NCBI GenBank assembly: GCA_963665845.2
Contig: OY762492.1
Location: forward strand, 3,840,001-3,904,000
Source: Candidatus Poribacteria bacterium
GTDB taxonomy: Bacteria > Poribacteria > WGA-4E > GCA-2687025
Length of the DNA stretch: 64,000 nt
Direction of reading: 5' to 3'
The notes under the pieces were generated by a model, which ran no database searches, was not told the origin of the DNA, and saw only the letters and a program-made list of their open reading frames with translations. Of the stretch, positions 19,231-28,441 are shown one piece after another (the first letter of the stretch is position 1; each line of letters begins with the position of its first letter). The position numbers were made by a program, and so were the translations under genes.

Positions 19231-19719
19231 GTGCGGATTTTACAGGACCAGTTCGACAAGAACGTGATCGTGACCAGCGTCGATTCGCTGGTGAACTGGG
19301 CGCGCAAGTCGTCTCTATGGCCGATGACCTTCGGCTTGGCATGCTGCGCCATTGAGTTCATGGCGACGGCGGCGTCGCACAACGACCTGGACAGGTTCGG
19401 CGCCGGCGTGCCGAGAGCGACGCCGAGGCAGTCGGACCTCATGATCGTGTCGGGTACGGTCACCATCAAGATGGCGCTGCGCGTCAAGCGGCTTTACGAG
19501 CAGATGCCGGAGCCGAAATATGTGGTCTCGATGGGAAGCTGCGCGACGAGCGGCGGTCCCTACTGGAACCACGGCTATTCGGTCTTGAAAGGCGTCGACC
19601 GCATCATCCCGGTGGATGTGTATGTGCCGGGCTGCCCTCCGCGTCCAGAGGCGGTGCTGGAGGGGCTGTTGAAACTGCAGGACAAGATTACAAGTACGAC
19701 CATCGCGCGTAAAGCTTGA
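19231..19719 (+). CDS. nuoB: NADH-quinone oxidoreductase subunit B
   Basis: [28 protein letters not shown]. Confidence 0.97.
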   Translation: MRILQDQFDKNVIVTSVDSLVNWARKSSLWPMTFGLACCAIEFMATAASHNDLDRFGAGVPRATPRQSDLMIVSGTVTIKMALRVKRLYEQMPEPKYVVSMGSCATSGGPYWNHGYSVLKGVDRIIPVDVYVPGCPPRPEAVLEGLLKLQDKITSTTIARKA

Positions 19720-19730
19720 AAGAGGCGGCT

Positions 19731-20228
19731 GTGACGGCAGAAGAAATCAAAAACGTATTGAGCGAACGTCTCGGCGGGGAAACCGTTGTAGAGCTGTTGG
19801 AATCGGACGCGGACGGGGAGACGGTGTACGATCCGCCGCAGATTGTCGTTGAGGCGGCGCGGATCGCCGAGGCGGCGCTGATCTGCCGAGACGAAGACTC
19901 GCTGCGGTTCGATTCGCTTATGTCGCTTGGCGCCGTCGACAACGGCGAGTGCCTGACCGTACTTTACCATCTGCATTCGATGACGCATCGGCATAAGATC
20001 GCGCTTCGGGCGGATGTTCCGCGCGCCGAGGCGTCGGTCCCGACGGTTGAGCAGGTTTGGAAAACGGCGAACTGGCATGAGCGGGAAGCGGGCGAGCTGA
20101 TGGGAATCGAGTTTGAGGGGCATAGCGACCCGCGCCCGCTGCTTCTCCCAGAAAACTGGGAGGGGCATCCGCTTCGCAAAGATTATGTTGTTCAGGAATA
20201 CTACAAAGGCATGAAGGTACCCTACTGA
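19731..20228 (+). CDS. nuoC: NADH-quinone oxidoreductase subunit C
   Basis: ANWHERE..ELMGIEFEGH, GHPLRKDY. Confidence 0.95.
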   Translation: MTAEEIKNVLSERLGGETVVELLESDADGETVYDPPQIVVEAARIAEAALICRDEDSLRFDSLMSLGAVDNGECLTVLYHLHSMTHRHKIALRADVPRAEASVPTVEQVWKTANWHEREAGELMGIEFEGHSDPRPLLLPENWEGHPLRKDYVVQEYYKGMKVPY

Positions 20229-21376
20229 TGGCGGCTCCGAAAAAAGCGCTGCGCACCGACGAGATGGTCCTCAGCATGGGACCGCAGCACCCAAGCACGC
20301 ATGGCGTCCTGCGCCTTGAGCTGAAAACGGACGGCGAGGTTGTCGAGGAGGCGATCCCGCATATCGGGTATCTGCACCGCAATTTTGAGAAGCATGCGGA
20401 GAGCCTGCCGTATTTTCAGATCATTCCGTACACCGACCGGATGGATTACATCGCCGCCATGAACAACGAGCTTGGCTTTGTATTGGCGGTTGAGAAGCTG
20501 ATGGAGCTGGGCGGCAAGCCGATCGAGATACCTGAAAAGGCGCAGTATATCCGCGTTGTTGTGTGCGAGATGAACCGCATTGCGAGCCATCTTCTTGCGT
20601 TCGGGACATACGGGATGGACATCGGGGCGTTGACGCCGTTTTTATACGCCTTTCGGGACCGCGAGACGATTCTGGGGCTGTTTGAGGACATCTGCGGCGC
20701 GCGGCTGCTGTATAACTACATCCGCTTTGGCGGGGTGTCGCGCGACTTGACGCCCGATTTTCACCATAAACTGCGCCGTTTTCTGTCTAAATTTGAAAAA
20801 AATATCGACACCTACAACACGCTCCTGACGAACAACAAGATTTTTCTGGAACGCACCAAAGGCGTCGCCGTCGTCTCGGTGGACGAGGCGGTTCAGTATG
20901 GATGGACGGGACCGAACCTGCGCGGATCGGGCATGAAGTGGGACCTGCGCAAGGATGAACCGTATTCGATCTACGACCGATTCGACTTTGAGATTCCTGT
21001 CGGAGAAACGGGCGACTGCTGGGACCGGTACAAGGTGCGCATGGACGAAATGCGGGAAAGCGTCCGCATCGTCCGTCAGGCGCTGGATCAGATGGAAGAG
21101 AACGGGTTGCTGGACGATCCGAACTACGCCGCGAAGGTGAGCGCGAAGCTGCGCCCGCCGGTCGGAGAGGTGTATTTCCGTACGGAGACGCCGCGCGGCG
21201 ATCTGGGGTACTACATTCAAAGCGACGGCACGAATGTCCCGTCGCGCGTCAAGGTGCGCTCCCCCTGTTTTACGGCGTTGAGCGCGATGCGGAAGTTGAG
21301 CCGAGGCTTGCTGGTGGCGGACATCATTGCGATCATCGGCAGCATCGATATTGTGATGGGCGAGATTGATCGGTAG
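20228..21376 (+). CDS. nuoD: NADH-quinone oxidoreductase subunit D
   Basis: GPQHPSTHGVLRL, GYLHR, DRMDY, DIVMGEIDR. Confidence 0.97.
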   Translation: MAAPKKALRTDEMVLSMGPQHPSTHGVLRLELKTDGEVVEEAIPHIGYLHRNFEKHAESLPYFQIIPYTDRMDYIAAMNNELGFVLAVEKLMELGGKPIEIPEKAQYIRVVVCEMNRIASHLLAFGTYGMDIGALTPFLYAFRDRETILGLFEDICGARLLYNYIRFGGVSRDLTPDFHHKLRRFLSKFEKNIDTYNTLLTNNKIFLERTKGVAVVSVDEAVQYGWTGPNLRGSGMKWDLRKDEPYSIYDRFDFEIPVGETGDCWDRYKVRMDEMRESVRIVRQALDQMEENGLLDDPNYAAKVSAKLRPPVGEVYFRTETPRGDLGYYIQSDGTNVPSRVKVRSPCFTALSAMRKLSRGLLVADIIAIIGSIDIVMGEIDR

Positions 21377-21401
21377 CGATCGATAGAATGACGGAGCGGG
21401 C

Positions 21402-22628
21402 ATGAAGCATCCGATAGAAACGGCGGCGGAGCATATACGGGCAACCGCCGCGGAGGCGACCGAGACGCTGAACCTCGGCGGCGCATGGCCGGCGGGCTTG
21501 CCGCTTGAGACGGTCATTCTGCTGGCGCTGGCGGTCATCGGGATTATTTCGGTCACCGTGGTGGCGGGCATTCCGATTGTGCTGGTGCTGATGGAGCGGA
21601 AGGTGTCCGCCTATTTTCAGAACAGGCTGGGACCGACCCGCGTCGGGCCATGGGGGTTGCTGGTGACGCTCGCGGATGGCATCAAGCTGATCTTCAAAGA
21701 GGATATGGTGCCGCCCACGTCTGACCGCAAGCTGTTTCGGTTGGCGCCGTATGTGGTGTTTGCGGCGTCGTTTGCGGTGGTGGCGGTGATTCCGCCGTTT
21801 CAGTCGACCGTCATCGGCAACATGGACTTAGGGCTGTTTCTCTACTTGGCGATTTCGTCGCTCATTGTACTGGGCATCATCATGGCGGGCTGGGCGTCCA
21901 ACAGCAAATACTCGTTGTTCGGCGCGCTGCGCGCGGCGGCGCAGATTGTCAGCTACGAGATACCGCTCGGACTCGCCGTCTTGATGATCGTCATGACGAC
22001 CGGCACCTTAAACATGCAGCATCTGGTGATGGATCAGGCGGACGGAATCCATGCTTGGTATATGTTCCGCCATCCGTTCCTGTTCATCGGCGCGTTCATC
22101 TACTTCATCTCGGCGGTCGCGGAGGTGAACAGAACGCCGTTCGATCTGCCGGAGGCGGAGTCGGAGATTGTGGCGGGCTTCCATACGGAGTACAGCGGCA
22201 TACGGTTCGCCTACTTCTTTTTGGCGGAATACGCGAACGCTTTTATTGTGTCCGCCATCTGCGCGACATTGTTTCTGGGCGGCTGGGCGGCTCCGTTTCC
22301 GTTTTTGAGCGGCGTTCCCGGCATCGTCTGGTTCTTGGGCAAGACGATGTTTCTGGTGTTTATCATGATGTGGATGCGCTGGACGCTCCCGCGCGTGCGC
22401 GTCGACCAGCTCATGTCGCTTTGCTGGAAATACTTTTTGCCGATTTCGTTTGTGAACATACTGGGAACAGGCGTTCTGGCGCTGCTGGAGCGCGAAGAGA
22501 TTGGGGCGCAGCTGGGCGGGCTGTTTTTGAGCGCCGACGCCGTTTCATGGATCGCATTCCCGTTCATCTTGGCGCTCCTGGGATGGATCGCGCATTCGGG
22601 TACGGAACCTGTCCGCCGGCCGTCATGA
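21402..22628 (+). CDS. nuoH: NADH-quinone oxidoreductase subunit H
   Basis: ERKV..QNRLGP, ADGIKLIFKE, NRTPFDLPEAESE..GFHTEYSG. Confidence 0.97.
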   Translation: MKHPIETAAEHIRATAAEATETLNLGGAWPAGLPLETVILLALAVIGIISVTVVAGIPIVLVLMERKVSAYFQNRLGPTRVGPWGLLVTLADGIKLIFKEDMVPPTSDRKLFRLAPYVVFAASFAVVAVIPPFQSTVIGNMDLGLFLYLAISSLIVLGIIMAGWASNSKYSLFGALRAAAQIVSYEIPLGLAVLMIVMTTGTLNMQHLVMDQADGIHAWYMFRHPFLFIGAFIYFISAVAEVNRTPFDLPEAESEIVAGFHTEYSGIRFAYFFLAEYANAFIVSAICATLFLGGWAAPFPFLSGVPGIVWFLGKTMFLVFIMMWMRWTLPRVRVDQLMSLCWKYFLPISFVNILGTGVLALLEREEIGAQLGGLFLSADAVSWIAFPFILALLGWIAHSGTEPVRRPS

Positions 22629-22647
22629 AGCGGGAAGGAGCTTGCAC

Positions 22648-23097
22648 ATGGTCAGAAACATAAGCGGTTGGCTATGCGTTTTCCTGACAGCGGCCGCGTT
22701 CGCGGGCTGCAGCGACGTGATAACGCCTGAAGAAGATTATCTGTCGGCGCGCGACGAGGTGGACGCTCTGCGCGCCGCTGTGGAATCTGACCTGGACTCG
22801 GTTCTGCGGGCGGCTCAAGATTTAAGCGACGCGATAGACGCCGACAACGCGAATCAGTTCGTGTCGGCTGGCAGACGATTTGAACGCGCCTTTGAAGATC
22901 TGCTGGACACATGGGACCGTTACAACGGAGCCTGGCAGCGACTCGAATCGGCTGGAGCCGCCTACTCCGAACGATGGCATGATTATGAGGGCGTCCTGCT
23001 TCGAGAGGTTGATAGCAAACTGCGCGACCGCGTCGAAGACACGATCGATGTCGGCGAAGATTTGATTGACTTGCTCAGGGACGCAGGGATCATATGA
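22648..23097 (+). CDS. Helical lipoprotein of unknown function at the usual nuoI position
   Basis: AAGGAG RBS; lipobox FAGC; acidic amphipathic helices; no CxxCxxCxxxCP. Confidence 0.75.
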   Translation: MVRNISGWLCVFLTAAAFAGCSDVITPEEDYLSARDEVDALRAAVESDLDSVLRAAQDLSDAIDADNANQFVSAGRRFERAFEDLLDTWDRYNGAWQRLESAGAAYSERWHDYEGVLLREVDSKLRDRVEDTIDVGEDLIDLLRDAGII

Positions 23098-23182
23098 GAA
23101 ATTTTGAATTTTAGAAAAACGGAAGACAGAGAATGAGACAAACGCGAACACATCACACGACACGGGAAGGCGCGGCTGAGCG

Positions 23183-24154
23183 ATGTCGGTAGGCCTCTTT
23201 TATCTGTTTGCGGCGTTGGCTCTCGTCTCGTCGTTCATTGTGGTGACGACGCGCAACGTGGTTCATTCCGCGTTTGCGCTGATGGGCGCGCTGTTCTGCG
23301 TCTCGGCGTTTTATGTGTTTTTGGACGCCGGCTTCTTGGCGGCGATTCAGCTGCTGGTGTATGTCGGCGGCATTCTGGTTCTCGTCCTGTTCGGCGTCAT
23401 GATGACAAGCGGCTCGCTCGTCATGAAGCTGCGGGCGCCTGTCGGTCAACTGCTGCCGGCGGGGCTGGTCGGGCTGGTACTGCTTGGCTTGCTGATTTAT
23501 GCGTCCGTGACGGCGGACCCGTGGAAGCAGATTTTGATTGCTGAAGACGAGAGCGGCGACCTGAAAACGCAGATCGACGCGGCCGCCGCGGAGGAGGAAA
23601 CGTACAGCGGCGTTCAAACGCAGACGATCCATCCGCGCCTCGTCTTTGAATTTGCCGAGTCGGAAGGGTATGAACGCGACATTTTGCCGACGCGGGAGCT
23701 GTCGGATCTGGTGGAGCGGTCGTTGACCCGTTTGGATACGCAGCGGCTTTATGTGGTCAAGTCGCAGCCGTCGCCCGCGAATCCGCGCCGGCATCTGGTC
23801 ATCGTGGAGCGGCGGGTCGTGTCCTTGCTGGACGAGGCGGACAGCGCGAATATCCCGCAGGAGCAGGCTGACCTGATTGCAAAGGATGTGGCAGAACGGA
23901 CGCCAATCGGCTTCGATGAGCCGATCCGCCGCCGACCGGCGCTGCTGGTCATAACAGGCTTAAAGGGCGGGGCGCGGGAGAAACTGGCGGAGCGGTTCGG
24001 CATTGAGCCTGTGAGCGATCTGAAAACATCAACCGGTCTGGGCGACGCGGTCATGATGGGCGAATTCCTGCTGCCGTTTGAGGTGGCGGGGATTATCCTG
24101 CTGGTCGCGCTGATAGGGGCGGCTGTTGTGTCGCGCAAGGAGATCGAAGCATGA
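23183..24154 (+). CDS. nuoJ: NADH-quinone oxidoreductase subunit J with large internal soluble insertion
   Basis: NVVHSAF, QLLVYVGGILVLVLFGVM, C-terminal LLPFEVAGIILLVALIGA. Confidence 0.9.
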   Translation: MSVGLFYLFAALALVSSFIVVTTRNVVHSAFALMGALFCVSAFYVFLDAGFLAAIQLLVYVGGILVLVLFGVMMTSGSLVMKLRAPVGQLLPAGLVGLVLLGLLIYASVTADPWKQILIAEDESGDLKTQIDAAAAEEETYSGVQTQTIHPRLVFEFAESEGYERDILPTRELSDLVERSLTRLDTQRLYVVKSQPSPANPRRHLVIVERRVVSLLDEADSANIPQEQADLIAKDVAERTPIGFDEPIRRRPALLVITGLKGGAREKLAERFGIEPVSDLKTSTGLGDAVMMGEFLLPFEVAGIILLVALIGAAVVSRKEIEA

Positions 24155-24193
24155 GGCGGGCGGAGAGAACGGCGGAAAGAGGCTGAATCGACG

Positions 24194-24499
24194 ATGATCA
24201 CATTAACGCATTATGTTGTGTTGAGCGCGCTGCTGTTTGTGTTTGGGATGTTTGCCGTCCTGACGCGCCGCAACGCCATCGCTATTTTGATGGGCATCGA
24301 GCTGATTTTGAACGCGGCAAATTTGAATTTCGCGGCGTTCTCCAAGTATGTTGTGGGAGGGGTGCAGGGTCAGATGATCGCCGTCTTTGTGATTGTGCTG
24401 GCGGCGGCGGAAGCGGCGGTCGCGCTGGCGATTATCCTGGACATCTACCAAAAAGTCGGCACGATCAGCCCCGACGAAACGCGCGAACTGAAAGGATAA
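24194..24499 (+). CDS. nuoK: NADH-quinone oxidoreductase subunit K
   Basis: RRNAI..LMGIELILNA, AAAEAAVALA. Confidence 0.97.
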   Translation: MITLTHYVVLSALLFVFGMFAVLTRRNAIAILMGIELILNAANLNFAAFSKYVVGGVQGQMIAVFVIVLAAAEAAVALAIILDIYQKVGTISPDETRELKG

Positions 24500-24506
24500 A
24501 CAGCCG

Positions 24507-26660
24507 ATGAACCCGGCGATACTACTGATCATTCTGTTTGCGCCGTTGGCGGCGTTTGTCGTTCAGATACTCTTTGGAAAGCGTCTCTTTGCGCCCAAAG
24601 AGGGCGAACATAACCGCATCGCGGGAGCCGCGATTCCGATAGCGGGCGTCCTTGTCTCCCTCGCGCTGACGCTCATCTACGTTCTGCCGAACATGTTTCA
24701 GCCGACCGACCCGTTCAACCTGCCGGCGGACGGAAACGGCGCCGTCTGGATCGACATGGCGGGCGGCATGGAGCTGCGCATTGGCCTCATGCTGGACAAC
24801 ACGTCTAGAGTACTGCTGTTCATGGTGACGCTGGTCTGTTCGATGATTCACCTGTTCGCCGCCGGGTATATGAAGCTGCGGGACGGGTCGCCGGAGCCGC
24901 GCTACACCCGCTTTTTCGCGTATCTGTCGCTGTTCACTTTTGCGATGCTGCTGCTGGTCGTTTCGGACAACCTGCTGACGTTGTTTGTCGGCTGGGAGCT
25001 GATGGGGCTTTGCTCGTATCTGCTGATCGGTTTTTATTATGAGAAAAAATCGGCGCAGGACGCGAGCCTCAAAGCGTTCATGACGACGCGCGTCGGCGAT
25101 GTGCTGCTGTTTGTCGGCATGGCGATCCTTTGGACGCATCTGGGCAGCCTTCGCTTTGCGGACATCCACGCCGGCATGGAGGCGGGAAAGCTAAGCGGCG
25201 GAGCTTTGACCTTGGCGGGTTTGCTCTGTTTAGGCGGCGCCATCGGTAAGTCGGCGCAGTTCCCGCTCCATACATGGCTGCCGGACGCGATGGAGGGTCC
25301 GACGCCGGTCAGCGCGCTGATCCATGCCGCAACGATGGTGGCGGCGGGAGTGTATTTGGCGGCGCGGCTGCTTCAGGCTGCCGTTCTGGACGCGACAGCG
25401 CTGATGGCGTTGGCGTATGTCGGCGCGTTCACGGCGGTGTTTGCCGCGAGCATCGCGTTTGTGCAGAACGACATCAAGCGCGTTCTGGCGTATTCAACGA
25501 TCAGCCAGCTCGGTTATATGATGCTGGCGGTCGGCGTCGGGAGCTACACGGCGGCGGTGTTTCATATGCTGACGCATGCGTTTTTCAAGGCATGCCTGTT
25601 TCTCGGCTCCGGCAGCGTGATCCACGCGATGCATGACGGGCTGCACCATGTGCATTCGCATGCGGACGCGCAGGATATGCGGAATATGGGCGGCCTTCGG
25701 AAGAAGATGCGATGGACGCATTTAACCTTTTTAATATCGACTCTCGCCATTGCGGGCGCGCCGTTGACGGCGGGTTTTTTGAGCAAGGACGCTGTCCTGG
25801 CGGGCGCGTTGGCTTACGGGATGGAAAATCCAGGGCATTTTCTGTTGCCGGCGTTAGGGTTCTTAGCGGCTCTCATGACGGCGTTTTACATGTTCCGCCT
25901 CGTCTTCGGGACGTTTTACGGAGAATACGGCGCGCGGGCGAATGAACATGACCGCGAGCTTGTTTTGCAGGCGGAGCCGCATTTGCATGAATCGCCGCGT
26001 ATCATGACGATTCCGCTCATCGTCTTGGCGCTGGGGGCGTTGTGGATATTCTGGTCGCCGATGAATCCGATGTCGAAAGGATGGATCGGCGAGACGGTCG
26101 TTCAGCATGAGGTGTGGATGGACCATGGAACGGCGAACATCGCGGAGGGCGCAGCCGACTCGCATGACGATCATGGCGGCGTCTACCATACGGCGCATAA
26201 TATCGCCATCGCGTTGTCGATTGCGGCGGCGGCGGTCGGTTTTCTGTTTGCGCTGCTGTTTTTTGGCTTGCGCGTATTGTCGTCGGAGCGGTTTGCGCGG
26301 AGCAATTTTGCGCGCGTATTGGAGCGGAAATACGGCTTTGACGAGCTGTACGACTGGGCGTTTGTACGGACGCTGCTGCGCGTCTGCAACGGGTCCGGCG
26401 CGGTCGACTTAAAGATCGTGGACGGGCTGGTGAACGGCGTCGGGTCCGTGTTTGTGAGCGCGCGCCGTTCCTTCACATGGCTAACAGGCGCCATCGACAG
26501 GCTTGTTGTGGACGGGGCGGTGAACGGCGTGGGGCGGTCGCTGCGCTGGATCGGGGCGGCGTTCCGGCGGGCGCAGTCGGGCTTGATTCAGAACTACCTG
26601 CTCGTCATCTTCACGGGTCTTGCGGCGCTGATTTTCATTATCGCGATGGGGCTGCGCTAG
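24507..26660 (+). CDS. nuoL: NADH-quinone oxidoreductase subunit L
   Basis: GWELMGLCSYLLIGF, GKSAQFPLHTWLPDAMEGPTPVSALIHAATMV. Confidence 0.97.
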   Translation: MNPAILLIILFAPLAAFVVQILFGKRLFAPKEGEHNRIAGAAIPIAGVLVSLALTLIYVLPNMFQPTDPFNLPADGNGAVWIDMAGGMELRIGLMLDNTSRVLLFMVTLVCSMIHLFAAGYMKLRDGSPEPRYTRFFAYLSLFTFAMLLLVVSDNLLTLFVGWELMGLCSYLLIGFYYEKKSAQDASLKAFMTTRVGDVLLFVGMAILWTHLGSLRFADIHAGMEAGKLSGGALTLAGLLCLGGAIGKSAQFPLHTWLPDAMEGPTPVSALIHAATMVAAGVYLAARLLQAAVLDATALMALAYVGAFTAVFAASIAFVQNDIKRVLAYSTISQLGYMMLAVGVGSYTAAVFHMLTHAFFKACLFLGSGSVIHAMHDGLHHVHSHADAQDMRNMGGLRKKMRWTHLTFLISTLAIAGAPLTAGFLSKDAVLAGALAYGMENPGHFLLPALGFLAALMTAFYMFRLVFGTFYGEYGARANEHDRELVLQAEPHLHESPRIMTIPLIVLALGALWIFWSPMNPMSKGWIGETVVQHEVWMDHGTANIAEGAADSHDDHGGVYHTAHNIAIALSIAAAAVGFLFALLFFGLRVLSSERFARSNFARVLERKYGFDELYDWAFVRTLLRVCNGSGAVDLKIVDGLVNGVGSVFVSARRSFTWLTGAIDRLVVDGAVNGVGRSLRWIGAAFRRAQSGLIQNYLLVIFTGLAALIFIIAMGLR

Positions 26661-26849
26661 ATGGGCAAAATGCCGACTCTCTTCATCATTGCGTTTGTCG
26701 GTATGGCGATTGGGATGATACTCACCATCCTGACGCCGCAACCGCTCAAAAGAATTGTCGGGGGCGTCGTTGCAATCTTTTTCTGTATCATGTTTCTGCT
26801 CATCGCGTTGAGCATGTTCAATTTTTGGCAGGATAATTTTTCGCATTAG
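26661..26849 (+). CDS. Small two-TM hypothetical protein between nuoL and nuoM
   Basis: ATG directly after nuoL TAG; two hydrophobic helices; fills intergenic gap. Confidence 0.55.
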   Translation: MGKMPTLFIIAFVGMAIGMILTILTPQPLKRIVGGVVAIFFCIMFLLIALSMFNFWQDNFSH

Positions 26850-26868
26850 AACGTAGAAAGCGACTGGA

Positions 26869-28428
26869 ATGGATTATTTGACACTTTTATGGCTCGTCCC
26901 GCTGGTTGGGATGGGCGTTGTGCTGTTGGCGCCGAAATCGTTCAGCCGGCTGATTAGCCTCGCTGCGACGGGCGTAACATTGATACTTTCGCTGCTCATC
27001 TGGAACGCGTTCGATTCGTCCGTTGCCGGCCATCAGCTGGGTGTGGACGCCGAATGGATACCGCAGTTCAATATCCGGTATCTGGTCGGCGTGGACGGGT
27101 TGAGCCTCGCGCTGATTCTGTTGACCGCTGTCATTGCGATCATCGGCGTCGTCGCGTCCTGGAACATCGGCGCGGAGACGCATAAGGAGGGTACCGAAAA
27201 AGCGTACTTCGCCATGTATCTGCTGCTGGTGTCGGGGATGTTCGGCTTTTTCGTCGCGCTGGATCTGATCCTGTTCTACCTGTTTTTTGAGTTGACGCTG
27301 CTGCCGATGTATTTCCTGATCGGCGTCTGGGGCGGTCCTCGGCGCGAATACGCCGCCATCAAGTTTTTCCTGTATACGCTCTTCGGCAGCGTGTTCATGC
27401 TGGTCGCGATCTTGGCGCTCTATTTTCAAAGCGGAGCGGCGGGCGCGCGCACCTTCTCCATACCCGAACTGGCGGCGATGGATCTGCCCGTACAGGTGGT
27501 GAACTGGCTCTGGTTCGGTTTTTATCTCGGCTTTGCGATCAAGGTCCCCGTCTTCCCGTTCCATACCTGGCTCCCTGACGCGCATGTGGAGGCGCCGACC
27601 CCAATTAGCGTGATTCTGGCGGGCGTCCTGTTGAAGATGGGAACCTACGGACTTGTCCGCGTCAATGTTCAAGTCCTGGGAAGCGCGGGAGAATCGCTGT
27701 GGACATTCCTTGCGGTTATGGGGGTCGTCAACATCTTATACGGCTCCTTCTGCGCGATGGCGCAGCGCGATTTGAAAAAACTGGTCGCCTATTCCAGCGT
27801 CGGACATATGGGTTTTGTGCTGCTGGCGGTCGCGGCGCGGACGCCTGAAGGCATCAACGGCGCCATCTTCCAGATGGTGAGCCATGGGCTGTTGAGCGGC
27901 ATGCTGTTTCTGGTCGTCGGCGTCATTTATGTGCGGGCGCATCACCGCTACATTGTTTATCCCGAAAACGAGGCGGAGCTGGAGATGTACCACATCGACC
28001 AGTCGAAGGCGGGGCGGCTCGGTTTCGGCGGTCTGGCGACCTCCATGCCTGTTTATACAGGCGTCATGACGATCGCGTTTTTCGGCTCGCTGGGGTTGCC
28101 GGGGATGAGCGGGTTCATCGGCGAGGCGCTGTCGTTGATGGGCGCGTGGCGCGTCTATCCGACGCTGACGGTCTTGGCGGCGGTCGGAATACTGGTCGGC
28201 GCGGCGTACTTTCTCTGGACGATCCAGCGCATGTTCTTAGGCAAGACGAACCCTGAATGGGCGGGGCTGCCTGACATCAACGCGCGGGAGCTGATCGCGC
28301 TGGTTCCGCTGGCGGCGCTGGTCATCGCCCTCGGCGTCATGCCGAGCCTGGCGACGGACCTGTCGAAGGCGTCCGTCTACGGGCTGGAGGTGGTTCAAGA
28401 TATGCTCGCGAAGTTCGCTAACCTCTAA
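26869..28428 (+). CDS. nuoM: NADH-quinone oxidoreductase subunit M
   Basis: GVDGLS, KVPVFPFHTWLPDAHVEAPT, AYSSVGHMG, SLGLPGMSGFIGE. Confidence 0.97.
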   Translation: MDYLTLLWLVPLVGMGVVLLAPKSFSRLISLAATGVTLILSLLIWNAFDSSVAGHQLGVDAEWIPQFNIRYLVGVDGLSLALILLTAVIAIIGVVASWNIGAETHKEGTEKAYFAMYLLLVSGMFGFFVALDLILFYLFFELTLLPMYFLIGVWGGPRREYAAIKFFLYTLFGSVFMLVAILALYFQSGAAGARTFSIPELAAMDLPVQVVNWLWFGFYLGFAIKVPVFPFHTWLPDAHVEAPTPISVILAGVLLKMGTYGLVRVNVQVLGSAGESLWTFLAVMGVVNILYGSFCAMAQRDLKKLVAYSSVGHMGFVLLAVAARTPEGINGAIFQMVSHGLLSGMLFLVVGVIYVRAHHRYIVYPENEAELEMYHIDQSKAGRLGFGGLATSMPVYTGVMTIAFFGSLGLPGMSGFIGEALSLMGAWRVYPTLTVLAAVGILVGAAYFLWTIQRMFLGKTNPEWAGLPDINARELIALVPLAALVIALGVMPSLATDLSKASVYGLEVVQDMLAKFANL

Positions 28429-28441
28429 CGGAATTGAGCGC

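Noticed and set aside
19231-21376. Group 4 [NiFe]-hydrogenase
   Set aside because: Large subunit lacks CxxC Ni ligands (has DRMDY and DIVMGEIDR); NuoB has tandem CC typical of complex I
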